From Candidatus Saccharimonadota bacterium (GTDB taxonomy: Bacteria > Patescibacteriota > Gracilibacteria > BD1-5 > UBA2023), in NCBI GenBank assembly GCA_963706795.1, contig OY970170.1, positions 1,140,001-1,172,000 of the forward strand: 32,000 nucleotides of DNA. The letters run 5' to 3'. Within the stretch, counting starts at the first letter, position 1. Every line of letters starts with the position of its first letter. Under the pieces are notes generated by a model, which worked only from the letters and a program-made list of their open reading frames with translations, ran no database searches and was not told the origin of the DNA. Of this stretch, positions 20,572 through 28,501 are shown piece by piece. The position numbers were made by a program, and so were the translations under genes.

Positions 20572-21804
20572 ATGTTTGAGCGCAAAGCCAAATTCATCCG
20601 AGATGACGGAACATTCGATAACACGAAATTCCGAGATCTTTTAACGAAGGCTCGCAAAGCTGTAAATTCATGACAAAAAGGGAAGCGCTCATCACTCAAA
20701 AAGTCTGCTGGCCAGATCGTTATTGGCGGCATTAGTGACAAAGAAATCTGGGAATTTATTAATAAACTCTCCAACTTTTTAGGATCAGGAATCGACCTCA
20801 AAACAGCTTTTTCAATCGTACAAAAGCAGGTGAAGAATCCAAAACTTCAAAACATTGTCTCAGACATCAGATCCAACCTCGATCATGGTCTCTCGATCTC
20901 TGACACAATGAAGCAACATAGCAAATACTTCGATCCGCTCATTATTGCGCTCATCGAAGTAGGGGAGAAAACAGGTACGCTCCCGCGCGTTGTTGCTGAG
21001 CTCGAGTGAACGCTCCTCGAAAATATCGAAATCAAAGCCAAGATTAAGGGTGCGATGATCTATCCAGTGATTCTCTTCTCGCTCTCGATATTGATGGTAG
21101 TCTTCATGCTCGTCTTTATCCTGCCAAAGATCACAGAATCCTTCAAAAAAACTGGTGTTGAAGTCCCTGGATTGACGCAATTTATGATCAATATGTCCGA
21201 TTTTATTATCGGGAATTACATTTTGATTATTGGAGGGATTGTCGCGAGCGCCATTGGCTTTATTTTACTGAAGCGTACATATATCTGACAGATTATTTTT
21301 GGTCATATTGCGCTCAGGATTCCGGTGTTTGGGTTCATTACGAAACAGATGAATATCATTCTCTTCATTAATTCGCTTCACCTGCTCTTGGATTCAGGAG
21401 TGCTGATGCTTGAGGCGCTCGAGACTTCTGCAAATGTAGTACCAAATATGCACTTTAAAAAGGATATTATTCGCATCAAAAACGAAGTAGAAACCGGTAT
21501 CAAGCTCTCTGTCGCAATGGGTCTCTCACTCGAAAGCCGCAAAGATTCATCTGTATTCTCCAATCCGTATTTTCCCGAAGACATGGTCCACATGGTGAAT
21601 GTAGGAGAAGAAACTGGAACTATTGGATCAAGCATCCTCAAGGTTGGTCAAAACTATCAGAAGGCGCTTCGGCGATATATTTCTAATATCATGACTGCTC
21701 TCGAACCGCTCATTATCGTGTTTGTTGGATTTATGGTTGGAACCATTGTCCTCGCTATCATGCTCCCATTTTTCAATCTCGGAAAAGTCGCCAAAAAGCT
21801 CTAA
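20572..21804 (+). CDS. pilC: Type IV pilus platform protein (GspF/PilC family)
   Basis: This 410-aa protein starts at ATG 20572, 2 nt after the phosphatase stop. It crosses 3 in-frame TGAs and joins track ORFs 21055..21288 and 21325..21804. It has two GspF-type repeats (…FDPLIIALIEVGEKTGTLP… and …FPEDMVHMVNVGEETGTIG…) and TM helices. Confidence 0.88.
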
Positions 21805-21837
21805 AACAAAACCTCAAAAAATCCTAATATACTTCCT

Positions 21838-22926
21838 ATGATGGAAAATACTCTCATCCCAGAATACGGGATTCGCGATGCACTTCTTGGAGTGATTACC
21901 GACAACAAAGGATCGGACTTTTATTACACAGTCGGAACTTTTCCTGCGGTTAAGATATCAGGTGAGATTATTCTCATTGATGAAGAAATGGAGATCATCA
22001 CACCCGAAGACGCTGAGTCATTCGCAAAGTCACTGATGACCAAAGAGCAGCATGAGCAGCTTTTGAGGACAAAGAACCTGGACTTTTCTTTTATGTTTCA
22101 GGAGTTTCGATTTCGTGGAAATATTTCGTTCCAGATGGGGTATTACATGGTAGTTTTACGTTTGCTTTCGCAGACAATTCCATCGCTTCAGGATCTTAAG
22201 CTTCCTTTTATTTATGAAGAAATCACTCGTGTAGGACAAGGGCTCGTCCTCGTGACAGGGCCAACGGGTTCTGGTAAGTCAACGACGCTTGCGGCTATGA
22301 TCAATGAGATCAATACAACTCAGGCGAAGCATCTCATCACGATCGAGGATCCGATCGAGTACATCCACACTCACAAAAAGTCTATTGTGGAACAAAAAGA
22401 AATCGGACGCGATGTCCCTGACTATGGTACTGCACTTATCGGAGCCATGCGTCAAAATCCTCAAGTAATTCTCTTTGGAGAAATGCGAAATACGGTCGAA
22501 ATTGAAATGGCCCTCAAGCTTGCAGAAACCTGACATCTTGTTTTCTCGACACTTCATACTCGAAGCGCCTACCAGACGATTTCTCGTGTGATTGATGCGT
22601 TTCCTTCTGATCAGCAAAATCAGGTGCGTCTCCAGCTAGCTGATACGCTCATTGGAGTATTCTCTCAGCGTCTTCTCAAAAAATCTGACGGCTCTGGAAT
22701 GCGCCTTGCTAAGGAAATCTTGACCAAGAATACCGCGGTTTCTAATCTCATTCGTGAAAATCAGCTCCACCAGATCCCATCAGTCATGCAGACCTCAAAA
22801 CGTGAAGGAATGCAGATCATCGAACAAGATATCATCGACTTCATCCACGAAGGCGACATCACCATCGACGAAGGTCTCAAATACGCGAATAATCCGAAAT
22901 ACATCAAGGATAATATTAATGCGTAG
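21838..22926 (+). CDS. pilT: Twitching-motility (pilus retraction) ATPase
   Basis: This joins 21838..22533 and 22588..22926 across the TGA that encodes Gly in the conserved LKLAET[G]HLVFSTLHT. It has Walker [11 protein letters not shown] and ITIEDPIEY. It is 362 aa and stops at TAG. Confidence 0.9.
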
Positions 22927-22966
22927 CTGCTTTTCATAGAAATTTCTACGAAAAATTCCCATTCCT

Positions 22967-22998
22967 ACACGTGTTCGATATACTTCTCGGACACGTGT
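22967..22998. promoter_or_regulatory. Two copies of the palindrome ACACGTGT(T), 24 bp apart, upstream of recJ (candidate operator)
   Basis: ACACGTGTT occurs at 22967-22975 and again at 22991-22999. Both copies lie between the pilT stop (22926) and the preferred recJ ATG (23013). Confidence 0.3.
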
Positions 22999-23012
22999 TT
23001 TTTCTTCACTGC

Positions 23013-24686
23013 ATGGAACTCTCTACAATTCTCGGTAAAACTCTCATCATTGAGGAAGGTCTCGATACTCCAGTTTTTGAGCGACTTCTCGAAAAAAGAG
23101 GATTTGCCGTAGAGAAGGGAAGTGATCGTGCATTTCGAAATCCGACCATCGCAGATCTCTATGATCCATTTTTGTTTCCAGGCATGGATTTGGCGGTAGA
23201 TCGTATCCTCAAAGCTCGCGAAAACAAAGAGCGTATCGTCATATTTGGCGACTACGATGTTGATGGTATTAGCTCGACTGGCATGCTCGTACGATTTTTT
23301 ACAGAACTTGGCATCGAGACTTCATATAGATTGCCTCATCGAGTCCATGATGGATATGGTATGAAGTCATATTTCATGGACGAACTGGCACAAAAAAATG
23401 TAAAACTTGTCATCTCAGTCGACTGTGGAACCCGCGATGTCGAGGTTGTTAAGCATGCAAAGTCTCTTGGCATAGATGTCATCGTAACCGATCATCATGC
23501 CATCCCTGAGGTGATTCCCAAGGAAGTAATCGCCATCCTCAATCCAAAACTTCCAGAGAGCACCTATCCGTTTGCGGGTTTGGCGGGCGCATGAGTGGCA
23601 TTCAAACTGCTTTCTGCCGTTGCTTCTCGATTGTATGAGGGCCAAAAACTCGAAGAAGTTCTCCTCTCATTTATAGATTTTGCTTCATTGGGTACGGTTG
23701 CGGATATGATGCCGCTCATCGACGAAAATCGCATTATCGTCAAACTCGGTCTTGCTCGATTGAAGTACTCAAAATCAAGCGGTCTCCGTAAACTGATCGA
23801 ATGAAAAAATACAGGATCCGCTGACGTAATCGGATTTCATATCGGACCCCGTATCAATGCAGCCGGACGAGTCGATAGCCCACTCAAAGCTCTCAAGATG
23901 CTTCTGGCATCAGATGATAATATGGATGAGATTTTGGCTGAAATCGAGGACCTCAATATGCGTCGCCGTACTTCTACCGAACACTTTGTGACTCACGCAC
24001 TCACGGTCAGTGGTGGTGATGAAGGTGCGGTTTTTTATTCTTCAGAAGAAATCGAGCATGGAATTATTGGCCTCGTTGCAGGGCGACTCTGCGAAGCCTT
24101 TGGTAAACCAGCAGTAGCATTTAAGCAAGAATGAGAAAAATATGTCGCAAGTGCGAGAGCTCCTGAGGGATTCCACCTCACGGATGCTCTCGAAACCATG
24201 CGCGAACTCTTTATTAGCTTTGGTGGACATGCGCAAGCTGCAGGATTTAGTTTTAAAATTGAGTATTTCGATGAATTTAAGACGCGCTTTAATGCACTTG
24301 CTGCCGCAGCTCCTGGCCTAGATAAGGCTTCACCATGACGCAATAAACCTATAATTATTGACGCTGTGCTCGATCCAAAGCAGATTTCCCTCGACTTTAT
24401 AGCTGAGATGGAATCCTATGGCCCATACGGAATTGGGTTCGCGAAGCCAAGATTTCTTGTGTCATTTGAGAGAGTGCCCAATGTGGATTTTTTGGGAGCA
24501 GGGGAGAAGCATCTCAAATTTGATCGCATGGGCTATCCAAAAATGATCGCATTCGGACTTGGTTCACATTATCAAAAGCTCCGTGATCATTCTGGTCCTT
24601 GTCATTTTGTCATCGAGCTCGAAAAGGAAGCCTGGAAAGGCAAAGAATCCGTTACACTTCATGTTCGAGATATTGCTCTCGCTTAA
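23013..24686 (+). CDS. recJ: Single-stranded-DNA-specific exonuclease RecJ
   Basis: This joins 22971..23594, 23595..23804, 23898..24134 and 24366..24686 across 4 in-frame TGAs, one of which is the Gly in AGLAGA[G]VAFKL. It has DHH-family motifs GDYDVDGI, VTDHH and GGHAQAAGF. ATG 23013 (MELSTILG…) is preferred; GTG 22971 is an in-frame alternative. Confidence 0.9.
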
Positions 24687-24788
24687 AAATCCTAATAAAA
24701 ATATTCCTCCAATAACGGAGCAAAATGCAGGTAAAAGCCACTAAAAAGGCATTCTGACGAAAATAAGCTATTTTTTATCAGAAAAACT

Positions 24789-24816
24789 TTGACAGGCACC
24801 GAAGTTTTTATATGAT
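24789..24816 (+). promoter_or_regulatory. Candidate sigma70-type promoter for the tRNA cluster
   Basis: TTGACA (24789-24794), a 16-nt spacer, then TATGAT (24811-24816). It lies about 30 nt upstream of the first tRNA. Confidence 0.45.
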
Positions 24817-24845
24817 GCACGAGCGTTTTAAACGTATCGAGTTTT

Positions 24846-24921
24846 GCGGGCGTAGCTCAATGGCTAGAGTCCCTGCCTTCCAAGCAGACTGTTATGGGTT
24901 CGAGTCCCATCGCCCGCTCCA
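24846..24921 (+). tRNA. tRNA-Gly (anticodon UCC)
   Basis: Cloverleaf read by hand: acceptor GCGGGCG/CGCCCGC, anticodon loop CUUCCAA, T-arm ATGGG-TTCGAGT-CCCAT, encoded CCA. Length is 76 nt. Confidence 0.9.
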
Positions 24922-24956
24922 TCGATTATCAAAGAAGGTCCTTTTGGACACAGACA

Positions 24957-25016
24957 GTAGAGGTTAGTGGTTCGATTTTAGTGGACATCCACTAGAGTGG
25001 AGTCACTAACCTCTAC
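24957..25016 (+). other. 60-nt extended hairpin between tRNA-Gly and tRNA-Ile (unknown structured element)
   Basis: An outer perfect 13-bp stem pairs GTAGAGGTTAGTG with CACTAACCTCTAC. An inner 6-bp stem pairs TAGTGG with CCACTA around an ACAT loop. The 9x9 internal region can pair largely with G:U wobbles. Confidence 0.4.
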
Positions 25017-25025
25017 GCGTTAAAT

Positions 25026-25102
25026 GGGTGCATAGCTCAGTTGGTTAGAGCGCGTCTCTGATAAGGACGAGGTCCGTGGTTCAACTCCACGTGCACCCAC
25101 CA
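25026..25102 (+). tRNA. tRNA-Ile (anticodon GAU)
   Basis: Acceptor GGGTGCA/TGCACCC, anticodon stem CGTCT/GGACG with loop CUGAUAA, T-arm CGTGG-TTCAACT-CCACG, encoded CCA. Length is 77 nt. Confidence 0.9.
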
Positions 25103-25156
25103 TTTCAAAATTAGATTCCCAAAAGAGTTAAGAGAAGTACAGTAACTCTTTTTATT

Positions 25157-25233
25157 CGGAGACTGGCGCAATTGGCTAGCGCACGTGCTTTGGGAGCACG
25201 GGGTTGTGGGTTCGAGTCCCACGTCTCCGACCA
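25157..25233 (+). tRNA. tRNA-Pro (anticodon UGG)
   Basis: Acceptor CGGAGAC/GTCTCCG, anticodon stem CGTGC/GCACG with loop UUUGGGA, T-arm GTGGG-TTCGAGT-CCCAC, encoded CCA. Length is 77 nt. Confidence 0.9.
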
Positions 25234-25353
25234 TTAAAAAATCATCGAGTCTCCATGTGGGGCGAGAACATGAGGTATGCACCGAAGCTTCGCAGAAGCG
25301 AAGGCGCATAGAAAGCCAACGATTTGGCTTTCGGCCGAGGGAGGCCCGAAGGG

Positions 25354-25375
25354 GAGTCCCACGTCTCCGACCATT
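25354..25375 (+). repeat. Direct repeat of the tRNA-Pro 3' end (copy of 25214-25235)
   Basis: The 22-nt sequence GAGTCCCACGTCTCCGACCATT (T-loop 3' part, T-stem, acceptor 3' strand, CCA and 2 more nt) recurs exactly 140 nt downstream. No matching 5' half or T-stem partner is present. Confidence 0.85.
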
Positions 25376-25380
25376 TGTTT

Positions 25381-25455
25381 GACGCTATCGTCTAGTGGTT
25401 AGGACAACGGGTTTTCATCCCGTAAGCCGGAGTTCAATTCTCCGTAGCGTTACCA
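25381..25455 (+). tRNA. tRNA-Glu (anticodon UUC)
   Basis: Acceptor GACGCTA/TAGCGTT (G:U at 1:72), anticodon stem ACGGG/CCCGT with loop UUUUCAU, T-arm CGGAG-TTCAATT-CTCCG, encoded CCA. Length is 75 nt. Confidence 0.88.
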
Positions 25456-25470
25456 GTAAAATTCAACATC

Positions 25471-25508
25471 AAAAAAGACCGTTCGGATGATCACGAACGG
25501 TCTTTTTT
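25471..25508 (+). terminator. Rho-independent terminator ending the tRNA cluster
   Basis: AAAAAAGACCGTTCG-GATGATCA-CGAACGGTCTTTTTT: a 9-bp GC-rich core stem flanked by A and T runs. Confidence 0.8.
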
Positions 25509-25710
25509 GATGCCCCTACAAGATTCTCATTAAAGTTCTTTGTATACTGCATAGAGGAAATACAGCTTTTTCCCATGATATTCTAATTTAATTACTCTTA
25601 AAAAAACGATCAGCTTTTTGACAATCTCATGATGGCCAGTATGGTGCACATAGGTTAGATTGTGATTCTTCACTGTAAGAATGGTCGAACCTGTTCTCAA
25701 ATGACAACTT

Positions 25711-25720
25711 AAAGGAGGTG
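25711..25720 (+). promoter_or_regulatory. Canonical Shine-Dalgarno AAAGGAGGTG for the MCP gene
   Basis: The GGAGG core is 6 nt upstream of ATG 25725. I found no comparable motif upstream of the other gene starts I inspected. A possible promoter is TTGACA 25618-25623, 16 nt, TATGGT 25640-25645. Confidence 0.8.
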
Positions 25721-25724
25721 TACA

Positions 25725-27344
25725 ATGGTGAACTTGAAGAATGTAAAAATAGGTGTTCGACTTTCAGTCGGATTTGGGGTAGTAATTTCACTCTTGGCAG
25801 TGGTGATAATAAAAGCTGTCATGCTTTTAAATTCATCTAATGCTGCAAGTGATAATATCGTCGCTGCAGAAATAAATGCAGCTCTCGTGGAGGACTGGAG
25901 AAATCACGTTCTTCTTAACGGAGTTCGTACAGTGGGCAGAATTTTTTCAAATAGTCCAACATACGAAAAGCAGCTCGTAGATGATATGAACCGTACGATG
26001 CAGGAAGTTAATATCATTCAAGAAAAGCTTACCAAACTCACCGTTGAACCAGAAGCTAAGAAGCTAATGGAAAGTGTTGCTGCGAAGCGAAAACAAATAA
26101 TCGCCATTCGTGAACAAATCTTTAAAGCAAAAGCGAACGGCGAGAGTGCAGTTGTCCAAGAAATATTCGATTCGAAGTTTAAGCCAACTCTCTTGTCGTA
26201 CGAAGAGAGTATGCTGGAGGTTTCTAAATACTACCAGGATATAGTTGCAAAAACTTCACAATCAATGGACGATGAATTTCAGAAAGCGCTATATACGCTC
26301 ATAGGACTGGGTATAATTGCTAGTATCATCGGCATTGGTTTTGCAATAGGTATTATGCGAAGTATTACAAAACCACTCTATGAAGCTGTCAGAGTTGCAG
26401 ATGCTATCGCATCTGGAAATCTGACAGCACAGCACATCACGAATCATTCAAAAGATGAAACGGGGCAACTGCTGGCAAGCCTGGAAAAAATGAGGGAAAA
26501 TATTTCGGGTATTGTAGGAGGTATCCGCAGCGGTGTCATAAGTATCGTTGCTCAAACTCAAGAAATTGCTGAAGAGAGCTCAAATCTCTCGGCAAGGACT
26601 GAGGCACAGGCATCGGCTCTCCAACAAACTGCTGCCACTATGGAAGAACTCGCTTCCACCGTGCAGCAAAATGCAAACAATACGAACTTGACTGATAAGC
26701 AGATGGTACAAGTTTCTAAAATGGCTGAGCAAGGAAAGGGTTCGGTCGAAAAAGTAGTAGGGAGCATGGGGGAAATCAATGCAAGTTCACGGCAAATTGT
26801 GGACATTATCAGTATTATTGATGGCATTGCATTTCAAACCAATATTCTGGCGCTCAATGCTGCAGTAGAAGCAGCACGTGCTGGTGAACAAGGACGTGGC
26901 TTTGCCGTGGTGGCAACTGAAGTGCGCAATCTGGCTCATCGCAGTGCCGCTGCAGCAAAAGATATCAAAACACTCATTGATGATTCAGTAGCAAAAGTCG
27001 GGATGGGAATTGTCCAGGCTAATGCTGCAGGAGAAGATATGAACAAGATTGCCGCCGAAATCTCAAATGTTCAGAATATGATGGGAGGCATTTCTGATGC
27101 TACGCGGGAGCAAGAAATTGCCATTGATGCAGTCAAACTGGCTGTTAACTCAATGGACGATGGCACACAGCAAAACGCTGCCCTCGTCGAACAAACTGCT
27201 GCGGCAGCTGAAGCACTGAGGAGTGAAGCTGAAATATTAGCTAAGCTCGTTAGTCAATTTAAGGATGTTGAGCAAGTTGCAGCACCAAAGAAGAGTCAAC
27301 TACAGTACAAACCCACCAGACTACAACCTGTTTTAATAAAGTAG
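25725..27344 (+). CDS. Methyl-accepting chemotaxis protein (two TM helices, periplasmic helical sensor, HAMP, MCP signalling domain)
   Basis: This is a 539-aa uninterrupted ORF. TM1 is VGFGVVISLLAVVIIKAVMLL and TM2 is LIGLGIIASIIGIGFAIGIM. The HAMP-like segment is RSITKPLYEAVRVADAIASGNL…DETGQLLASL. The conserved signalling hairpin is …IDGIAFQTNILALNAAVEAARAGEQGRGFAVVATEVRNLAHRSA… The stop is TAG and there is no in-frame TGA. Confidence 0.93.
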   Translation: MVNLKNVKIGVRLSVGFGVVISLLAVVIIKAVMLLNSSNAASDNIVAAEINAALVEDWRNHVLLNGVRTVGRIFSNSPTYEKQLVDDMNRTMQEVNIIQEKLTKLTVEPEAKKLMESVAAKRKQIIAIREQIFKAKANGESAVVQEIFDSKFKPTLLSYEESMLEVSKYYQDIVAKTSQSMDDEFQKALYTLIGLGIIASIIGIGFAIGIMRSITKPLYEAVRVADAIASGNLTAQHITNHSKDETGQLLASLEKMRENISGIVGGIRSGVISIVAQTQEIAEESSNLSARTEAQASALQQTAATMEELASTVQQNANNTNLTDKQMVQVSKMAEQGKGSVEKVVGSMGEINASSRQIVDIISIIDGIAFQTNILALNAAVEAARAGEQGRGFAVVATEVRNLAHRSAAAAKDIKTLIDDSVAKVGMGIVQANAAGEDMNKIAAEISNVQNMMGGISDATREQEIAIDAVKLAVNSMDDGTQQNAALVEQTAAAAEALRSEAEILAKLVSQFKDVEQVAAPKKSQLQYKPTRLQPVLIK

Positions 27345-27364
27345 GTTGTATGTCTACGAGATTT

Positions 27365-27393
27365 GATCCCAAGAGATATTTGGGGTCTTTTTT
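27365..27393 (+). terminator. Rho-independent terminator after the MCP gene
   Basis: GATCCCAA-GAGATAT-TTGGGGTC (8 bp, one G:U) followed by T6. It starts 20 nt after the MCP stop. Confidence 0.6.
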
Positions 27394-27448
27394 ATTCCTT
27401 GCCTTTGGTGCAAACAGTAAATGCTTGATGCTCCACTGGAAGAAACTT

Positions 27449-27479
27449 AAAAATCCACTTCGTAATGAAGTGGATTTTT
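27449..27479. terminator. Bidirectional hairpin terminator (serves the minus-strand gene ending at 27484)
   Basis: AAAAATCCACTTC-GTAAT-GAAGTGGATTTTT: a 13-bp stem including the flanking A:T pairs. Confidence 0.65.
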
Positions 27480-27483
27480 AAGT

Positions 27484-27891
27484 TTACTTTGCTTGAGATA
27501 GAGAGTTCTGTAGCTCAGTACAAAATTCTTTTAAGGATGGACTTGCTGGAACTTTTGCACTTACAACATTGCGCACATCTCGTTGGAGTGATTCATAGGA
27601 AGTTCTCACATCCGAATGAGCTCCAAAGACTTTTTCTATTGCATTCTTCACTACTCAATTGAGCTCGATTAAAGCATTAAATTCTTCTGCGCGAATATGA
27701 TTACCGAAGGCGTCAGGATGTCATTCATTTCTTTCAATTCGAAAAACACCTTCTTTACACTGCTCTAATACTCGAAAGAGAGTATTTCCATGGACTGCTA
27801 AGGTTGCAGGATTGAGATGGTCTCAAGCAATTGCGATGGAGGCTCGACTCATTAAAAATCGAACTTCCTGCTCAGGGGAATGAAGCGACAT
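27484..27891 (-). CDS. Hypothetical protein (135 aa)
   Basis: The ORF runs from ATG (complement of 27889-27891) to TAA (27484-27486) with 3 in-frame TGAs: MSLHSPEQEVRFLMSRASIAIA[G]DHLNPATLAVHGNTLFRVLEQCKEGVFRIERNE[G]HPDAFGNHIRAEEFNALIELN[G]VVKNAIEKVFG… I recognise no motif, and it is absent from the ORF track. Confidence 0.55.
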
Positions 27892-27996
27892 ATCCTAAAG
27901 ATTAGATAGCTCAACAGTATATATAGAACAAACTAAGTCAATAGACCTTTGTATAAACTTCGGATTGTTGTAGGATTCCCCTTTAAATACTCTCGA

Positions 27997-28500
27997 TTAT
28001 ATTTTATATACATAAATGCTCATTCCTTTTGGGTCTTTGTGTACGGCAATCTGCTTGAGCCAGTCTATTTTAAAGAGATATGAGACGATCCTGGTTCATG
28101 GCTTGAGTTCATTTTGGAGTTTGGTTTTGAATGCATTGCTTTTATTGATTGTTGCATCTGTGCCGAACATATAGACAATAGTGGCTTCGCTCAGGTTCTT
28201 TTTAAAAAAGTTACCGAAGACAAAGTCTATATTTGTGCTTCTGGTAAGCCATTTTTTACAGATACAATAGAGATAAAAAATAATCGAAATCTCAAATCAT
28301 ACGGCCTTGATTCATTTTTGTGCAAAATAAAAATCGAGTCGTCCATCGCCGCATCAGAGATCATAGAAAACATCGGCAGAGGTTGGCTGCAAAATTTGAT
28401 AGATACGCTCTACATCTTTTGTCTTAGTGGGTACCCAAGGTGCAAAGTAAAAGGCTCACATTCCAAAAATGAGCACCACGAGAATAAAAATATCGTACAT
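27997..28500 (-). CDS. Membrane-anchored class I SAM-dependent methyltransferase (paralog 2)
   Basis: This 167-aa ORF has 5 in-frame TGAs. It has an N-terminal TM helix (MYDIFILVVLIFGM[G]AFYF), then APWVPT and motif I FYDL[G]CGDGRL, where a TGA encodes a motif-I Gly. It ends …GMSIYVYKI. It is antisense to track ORF 28114..28578. Confidence 0.8.
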
Positions 28501-28501
28501 A

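Noticed and set aside
21816-21829. AAAAATCCTAATA is shared by the regions after the pilC stop (21816-21829) and the recJ stop (24685-24697), which could be a conserved regulatory motif.
   Set aside because: A 13-nt exact match is expected by chance several times in a 32-kb AT-biased sequence (roughly N squared over 2 times 4 to the 13th, on the order of a few). The flanks do not align further.
24846-24921. The tRNA-Gly in the cluster might be the UGA-decoding tRNA of the recoded genome.
   Set aside because: The anticodon loop reads CUUCCAA, so the anticodon is UCC (a normal GGA/GGG reader), not UCA. The UGA decoder must be encoded elsewhere.
25185-25382. Track ORFs 25185..25382 (+) and 25037..25309 (-) lie across the tRNA region.
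   Set aside because: They overlap tRNA-Ile, tRNA-Pro and the duplicated tRNA 3' end. Their sequences are Arg/Gly/Pro-rich and read like translated structured RNA, so they are not coding.
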